Source: Octopus sinensis
Lineage: Eukaryota
Reading direction: 5' to 3'
DNA: 64,000 nt
NCBI RefSeq assembly: GCF_006345805.1
Contig: NC_042998.1
Coordinates: forward strand, 38,316,001-38,380,000
This document shows positions 57,487 to 64,000 of the stretch, one piece after another (within the stretch, counting starts at the first letter, position 1; every line of letters starts with the position of its first letter). The notes beneath the pieces were generated by a model. It made no database searches, was not told the origin of the DNA, and was given only the letters and a program-made list of their open reading frames with translations. The position numbers and the translations under genes are program-made.

Positions 57487-58865
57487 GTCAGTGAGTGCGA
57501 ATCGTCTGCTTTTGGAATTGGCATTTTCACTTCAACATCTGTGTTTTAATCAATACATTCAGTTTATGTGCATAAGTGAAGTGTGTGTTTGTGTGTTTGC
57601 ATATGTGCTTATGTTTGCTTATATTTGTCTCTCTCTCTCTCCCTCTCTCTCTCTTTCTCTCCCTCTCTCTCTATCTCTTTCTCTCCCTCTCTCTCTCTCT
57701 CTATGTATGTATGTAAGTATATATATATGTATATAGTTATGTAGTGAGTGCGCGTGGCTTAGTGGTTACAGGCATTCGGCTCATAATCGTAAGGTTGCGA
57801 GTTCGATTCCTGGCGACACGTTGTGTCCTTGAGCAAGACACTTTATTTCACATTGCTCTAATCCACTCAGCTGGCAAAAATGAGTAGTACCTGTATTTCA
57901 AAAAAGGGCCAGGCTTGTCACACTGAATCTCCTTGCGAACTACGTTAAGGGTACACGTGTCTGTGGAATGCTCAGCCATTTGCACGTTAATTTCACGAGC
58001 AAGCTGTTCTGTTGATCGTATCAGCTGGGACCCTTGTCGTAACCGACGGAGTGCTCCTTTATATTTATGTATGTATGTATATGTATATATAAATATATAT
58101 TTGTATGTATGTATATATATGTATGTATGTGTATGTAGATATATATGTATATATGTATGTGTATGTATATGTATGTATATGTAGATATATATGTATATAT
58201 GTATGTATGCGTATGTATGTATATGAATGTATATGTAGATATATGTGTGTGTGTGTATATATATCATCGTCATTATTTAACATCCGTTTCCCATGCTGGT
58301 ATGGGTTGGACAGTTTGACAAGTGCTGACAGGGTCAGGAGCCACACCAGGTTCCATTGACTGTTTTGGCATGGCTTCTATGGTTAGATGCCCTTCTTAAT
58401 ACCAACTATTTTGCAAAGTGTCTTGAGTGCTTTTTCCATGGCAGCGGCTTGGCAAAGGAAGAATTATTGTCTTCCATCCCCTCCATAACAATCATCTAAA
58501 TCAATATTTTGTTTGTCTGCACTTATAAAACGCTCTCAAGTTTGGTTGAGTTCTTAGTAAGGTGCATCTGCTATGCAATTTCAATTCCAGGTGTATGTGA
58601 ATTCACTTTCCTTGTTCTGATAATTCTTTTGAGAAAAGCACGAATACAAGAACTTTGTATTTCTCCTTAACTCAAAATGCTTCTATGCTTATGGATTTGT
58701 TTTGGAAAATTCCTCATGCGAAATCCTGTGTTGAAACAGATATTGTTATACTCGGGATTGGTCATTTTATTTTGACAATAAACACATGCATCGTTTATTT
58801 GATCTTTACTTTATCTTTCTTCTTCTTCTCCTTTTTCTTCTTCTTCTTCTTCTTCTACTTATTAT

Positions 58866-58910
<45 letters not shown>

Positions 58911-59171
58911 ATTTATCAGTGTTCTTTCATCACACATTTTGTAACTTCTTCAAAGACTACCTCTTTTTCTTCTTCTTCTTCCTGTCTCCTCTTCTCTCTG
59001 AACTTGTCAGATCCTAAAATATTGCTTTATACTTTACCAAAAGAAAGTAACCTTCCACATGTTTATGTCAATATAAGTATTTGTATGTGTTTGTGTGTGT
59101 ATATAAGTATGTAAACGCATATATGTGTGTACATGTATGTTAATTCTTTGAATTCTCAAATTATTTTTCAG

Positions 59172-59455
59172 AATCGCAAGAAAGAACTCCTGCACGCTTT
59201 GTCTTGTAAGTTACATGGCAGCAACTTACTCATCGGCGCTTCCGTATCTCTGCAGCTTGTCGAAAGCCAAAAAGATGTTATGCATCCAATTTCTGCCCAG
59301 TGCCTTCCTCTCATAATTCAAGAGAAAGAAGATAAAGATGTCCAGTTTCAGTTCTTCACACCTAAAGAATACTGGGAAAACCTTCAAACCAAAAGTCTTG
59401 GACAGCTTCTCTTATATGTTGACGTCGTACCAACCACCATGCCACTGCTTTATCC
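59172..59455 (+). CDS. HLCS: HLCS coding exon 3; the gene continues beyond the window
   Basis: tttttcag| acceptor; NRKKELL...YWENLQTKSLGQLLLYVDVVPTTMPLLY matches HLCS [21 protein letters not shown], the start of the BPL catalytic region. Donor CC|gtaag at 59456. Confidence 0.92.
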
Positions 59456-59469
59456 GTAAGTGCTTGGAA

Positions 59470-59715
59470 TATTTGGGACCCATGGGAGCTAGAGTTTGAG
59501 GTGAATGGACAGTGAAAGCGAGGTAGAGTGAGGAAAATGTGAAGGAGACAGGTGGAGGAGGAGATTGCGAGGGTTGACTTGAGAAGGGAGGATGCCCAAA
59601 ACTGGGCACGATGGCGAGATGGTGTGAGGGTGGTTTCTATGGCAATGAGGTAGATCCGACCACCCCCGTTAACGGGGACAAAACCTGGATTTAAAATGAT
59701 CGATGATGGATGACG
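59470..59715 (+). mobile_element. 3' end of another RTE-like family
   Basis: ALEFEVNGQ*KRGR..K..RRQV, then a UTR with a short hairpin and an ATG-type tail. Confidence 0.5.
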
Positions 59716-59756
59716 GTGTGATTGTTGGGGTACTTCTTGCAGCAGCAGCAGCAGGA

Positions 59757-60070
59757 GGCGCAATGGCCCAGTGGTTAGGGCAGCCGACTCATGGTCAGAG
59801 GATCGCGGTTTCAATTCCCAGACCGGGCGTTGTGTGTGTTTATTGAGCAAAAACGCCTAAAGCTCCATGAGGCTCCGGAAGGCGGTGTTGGCGACCCCTG
59901 TTGTACTCTTTCGCCCCAACTTTCTCTCACTCTTTCTTCCTGTTTCTTGTCCCCGACTTCCTATGCAACCGCTGATCCTGGATGCACATTCCATCCATTG
60001 ATGCTCTCGGTGTTGGGGGTTGACCTGCTTTCTCTTCTGTGGGTCTTACGAATAGCAAAAAGACCACGTT
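59757..60070 (+). mobile_element. tRNA-derived SINE family D (another copy at 48660-48957 -, nested in a family A SINE)
   Basis: ggcgcaatggcccagtggttagggcagc.gactc...ggtttc(a/g)attcccagaccggg. Confidence 0.8.
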
Positions 60071-60546
60071 TCGAACTTCTCCCATCTTGCGAGCTCTGGG
60101 AAGAAGACCGTTCGCTCAACAGCAGGAGGAGGAGGAGGAGCTATAGTTGCAGCAGCAGTGGCAGCTGCTGCTGCTGCTGTAATATTCATCTAATACAGCA
60201 CAGCTTATATACCCACAACTTAGTTCTGCTCAGAAACAATACTTCATTATTGACATTGTGAAATATTAGAATGTTTGCTTGGTGCATTTGGTTAACTGTC
60301 TGATTGCAGTGTAGCTTTACTAAAGATTAAAATGATTGACGATTAAAATGACTGAAGATTAAAACGATATTTATGAGATTCAAAACTGTGCTCCACCTAA
60401 TGTTGTCCATGTGATCTTAAAAGATCACATGGACAGTAATTTTTGAAAAGGAGGGGGATAGTTGATTACATTTCCCCCAGAAGTTGACTGGTATTTTATA
60501 TTATTGACTGTGTGGAATTTATTGGACATTTATAAAGAGAAAGGTA

Positions 60547-60594
60547 GTCCTACAGCTGTTTCTGGGATATGAGGGATATCCCTTCATCAGAGAC
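60547..60594 (-). ncRNA. Type I hammerhead ribozyme, antisense in an HLCS intron
   Basis: Minus: gtct-CTGATGA-a-gggatat ccctc atatccc-a-GAAA-cagctg-TA-ggac. Confidence 0.85.
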
Positions 60595-61081
60595 ACTATG
60601 AGAGAGTTAAATAGAGGGAAATAGTAGAGTTCAATATAAGGAGTTATTTTGGGAAAGGATGGAAATAGGAAGTATAAAGGGAAATAAGAGACTCCCCACT
60701 CGTATTATTATCGAACCAAAAGTCTAACTATGGTCCTCCCATAGCACTTACATAGCCTTATCTGCCATCCTGGGTCTTCTGGACACCAATACCTCTGATA
60801 TATTTGTACAACCATTGTTTACTCATAATTCAAGGAGGCCAGTTCCACGAATGGGAAGCGGTGCACGTAACTGGCATGGTAGCAACCAAACACACTCAAA
60901 GAGCTTGGAAGAAAATTTGGAGATTTTGTTAACAAAAGAAAGATAAATTGAAAACAAAAGGAGAACTGAATAAGTTTTGTGAATGCAGACATTCACACTT
61001 CAACGAATAACAATTGGAAAGACATAAATTTTAACATTGAATAATAAGAAAAACATACACACACACTTACACACACACCAT

Positions 61082-61122
<41 letters not shown>

Positions 61123-61237
61123 ACAAACACACATTCACACACATGCATATGTATACACATACACACATGCAGTCACACTGACATGCATATGTATATACAT
61201 TCACACATACACACATGTATATATGGTAGATGGGAAA

Positions 61238-61610
61238 ACTACCACTGTCCAATGGAATCCCTGAGGAAACAACAGCAGCAATTATAATTCTTTATAACAA
61301 CACCAAGCCAATGATAAAGTCCCCAGAAGGAAATACAAGTGTCTTTGATATCAGAGCTAGAATTCTCCAAGGTTGGAGAACATTGGCACCTTTTTCTCGT
61401 TGTGATCACACTAGCTTATGTCCTCCAAGCATCATTTGACAATCTAAACAGCTTCAGTTTCACACTTGTGAAAAGATGATCGATCAAACATCCAGCTCAA
61501 AAAATAACTGATGTAGACTCTGTTGATGACTTAGCCTTGCTCTCTGACATGATATCAAACGCCACCCAATTACTTCATTGACTAAAATTAGCTGCACAGG
61601 ATGTTGGACT
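61238..61610 (+). mobile_element. Decayed LINE RT fragment
   Basis: [23 protein letters not shown]...LQG..LAP...DVDSVDDLALLS. Confidence 0.6.
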
Positions 61611-61715
61611 GCTTTTTCTCCCAAATTTTATTAATCTTTAGCTCATATACAAGCGAATAAACAGTTGTACTCTATACTGGAGCTTTATCTCCATTAAAAT
61701 TCTCATATATGTATA

Positions 61716-61960
61716 TCATCATCATCATCATCATCATCGTTTAACGTCCGTTTTCCGCGCTAGCACGGGTTGGACGGTTTCGACCGGGGTCTGGGGAGCT
61801 CGGGACTGCCCCAGGCTCCAGTCTAGTCTGGCAGTGTTTCTACAGCTGGATGCCCTTCCTAACGCCAACCACTCCGCGAGTGTAGTGGGTGTTTTTTACG
61901 TGCCACCTGCACAGGTGCCAGAGGGGTCTGGCATCGGCCACGTTCGGATGGTGCTTTTTT
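61716..61960 (-). mobile_element. Short RTE 3'-tail copy (representative; others near 44040-44420, 46825-47015, 47880-48320, 49780-49965, 51483, 51680, 52750-52942, 58265-58440)
   Basis: Shares ggttggcgttaggaagggcatccagctgtagaaa...ggacgttaaa(c/t)gatgatgat with the 3' end of the RTE at 46400-46542. Confidence 0.8.
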
Positions 61961-61992
61961 TATGGGGGGGGTGCAGAAATATAGGGGAGCAC

Positions 61993-63097
61993 CAGACTTG
62001 GCAAAAGGAATTCGGAATCAAGAATGAGGCAGGTTACTAGCTTAAGTATGCATAGCCATGGCGAGGAGTAGGAAGAGAAGGAGTCCAGACAGACAATGTA
62101 AAAAGAGGGGGAGAGAAACCCCGCGAAGAATCGGCAGCCAATTTCTAATCAGCCCTGTAAGGGAGATAGATCTTAAATATCTATAACGATAACTAGTGAA
62201 TTATACAGAATATGCAAAAACGAGGCAAGGCTGAAATAGTAAACAGAGTGGCGACTAGGGGGATCAGAATAATAATAATTAATAAATAATAATAATAAAT
62301 AGAGATACGGATGAATTAAAGTTCAAAGATTTCTTATCTTGGGATCACTTCGTTTACGGACAAACTTGGCAAAAGGAATTCGGAATCAAGAATGAGGCAG
62401 GTTACTAGCTTAAGTATGCATAGCCATGGCGAGGAGTAGGAAGAGAAGGAGTCCAGACAGACAATGTAAAAAGAGGGGGAGAGAAACCCCGCGAAGAATC
62501 GGCAGCCAATTTCTAATCAGCCCTGTAAGGAAGATAGATCTTAAATATCTATAACGATAACTAGTGAATTATACAGAATATGCAAAAACGAGGCGAGGCT
62601 GAAATAGTAAACAGAGTGGCGAGTAGGGGGATCAGAATAATAATAATTAATAAATAATAATAATAAATAGAGATACGGATGAATTAAAGTTCAAAGATTT
62701 CTTATCTTGGGATCACTTCGTTTACGGACAGACTTGGCAAAAGGAATTCGGAATCAAGAATGAGGCAGGTTACTAGCTTAAGTATGCATAGCCATGGCGA
62801 GGAGTAGGAAGAGAAGGAGTCCAGACAGACAATGTAAAAAGAGGGGGAGAGAAACCCCGCGAAGAATCGGCAGCCAATTTCTAATCAGCCCTGTAAGGAA
62901 GATAGATCTTAAATATCTATAACGATAACTAGTGAATTATACAGAATATGCAAAAACGAGGCGAGGCTGAAATAGTAAACAGAGTGGCGACTAGGGGGAT
63001 CAGAATAATAATAATTAATAAATAATAATAATAAATAGAGATACGGATGAATTAAAGTTCAAAGATTTCTTATCTTGGGATCACTTCGTTTACGGAC

Positions 63098-63102
<5 letters not shown>
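61993..63102. repeat. Three head-to-tail, near-identical 368-bp units
   Basis: Units start at 61993, 62361 and 62729, with cagact again at 63097; only about 4 differing sites seen. Confidence 0.95.
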
Positions 63103-63129
<27 letters not shown>

Positions 63130-64000
63130 GGACAGGCTTCTTTCAGTTTCCATCTACCAAATCTATTCAAGGCTTTGGCCAACCCGAGACTATAGTAGAA
63201 GACACCTGCCCAAGGTGCTATGCAGTGGGACCGAACTCTGAACCATGTGGTTGGTAAGAAAGCTACTTACCACATAGCCACTCCTGTGCCTATAGATTAA
63301 ATCTCCGAGTGAGATATAAACAGTAGCAATACAGAATCATAACATATAATTGGCAACCAAGTGTGGCGTCCTGTACAGGACAATGCTACTGATGTTTATA
63401 GCCCCAGGAAGACATCGCTTCCAACTGGCTAACGACACACATTCTGTGTCCGATTAGTATTTGCAAGTGGAGGTCATCGCTCCCATTCCTAGCCTAACAT
63501 GATACACACGGACTCGAGTTTCTGGGTGGTTACCTGTCCTTAGTGTGTGTCCATCACCAGCTAGTGATTATCAAGAATGACTCAAAGGTAAAAGTATTAC
63601 AGATTTCAAAATCATACACACCGCTTTAATAGGTGCAATACATTGCATGGTATATGGAAAAACAGGAATATATTTCAAAGATGGAGAGAGGAAGTAAATT
63701 AGAACTCACTTTGCAATTTCATTGTGTAACTGAGAAGCACTTTAAAAAAGGACCATAAAAGCAACATTTCCTGATGAGAAAATATTAAAATTGGAATTTT
63801 TAAGCATTTCCTACTTATTCTAGATTTAAAGATGTTTACGTTTAAAGAAAGTTACTGGTGTAGTGTGCTTGAAGCATTTTAATATTGAAGAATGTAAAAA
63901 GACAGAAAAAAGACATCTTCTAACAAAGCAGGAAGCTTAATCAAACCTTTATATTCCAGGTGCAAAGGCCCATCTTTGTAAGAAAAGTCCAGTTATGTAA

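Noticed and set aside
61993-63102. CRISPR array
   Set aside because: Eukaryotic context; long identical units with no unique spacers and no cas genes.
63950-64000. ttccag acceptor as the next HLCS exon
   Set aside because: The required phase gives a stop after a few codons and there is no HLCS similarity.

Overview
AT-rich, microsatellite-dense eukaryotic DNA. The repeat and SINE content looks like an Octopus/cephalopod genome (inference). One host gene is recognisable: three coding exons of holocarboxylase synthetase (HLCS, biotin-protein ligase) on + at 54526-55095, 57304-57486 and 59172-59455, with probable 5'UTR exons/promoter at about 41.9-44 kb and the catalytic exons beyond the window. 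The rest is mobile DNA: a Neptune-type Penelope-like retroelement (RT + GIY-YIG) with inverted pseudo-LTRs in (TA)n, R4/Dong-like RLE LINEs stacked in (TAA)n, RTE and CR1 fragments, mariner/MITE relics, many tRNA-derived SINEs and a young 3x368-bp tandem array. The main unannotated signal is a set of type I hammerhead ribozymes read by eye: eight motifs, namely three pLTR copies of a U3-A8 variant plus five others. Most have palindromic stem III, and four have an unpaired N10.1-A11.1 junction. Several lie in short non-coding elements with partial tandem and inverted duplication; one is a 1.5-mer of a 355-bp unit with a 10-bp TSD. Together these suggest a family of Penelope-dependent, retrozyme-like circular-RNA retroelements. 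No searches or folding programs were run; family names come from motif recognition.
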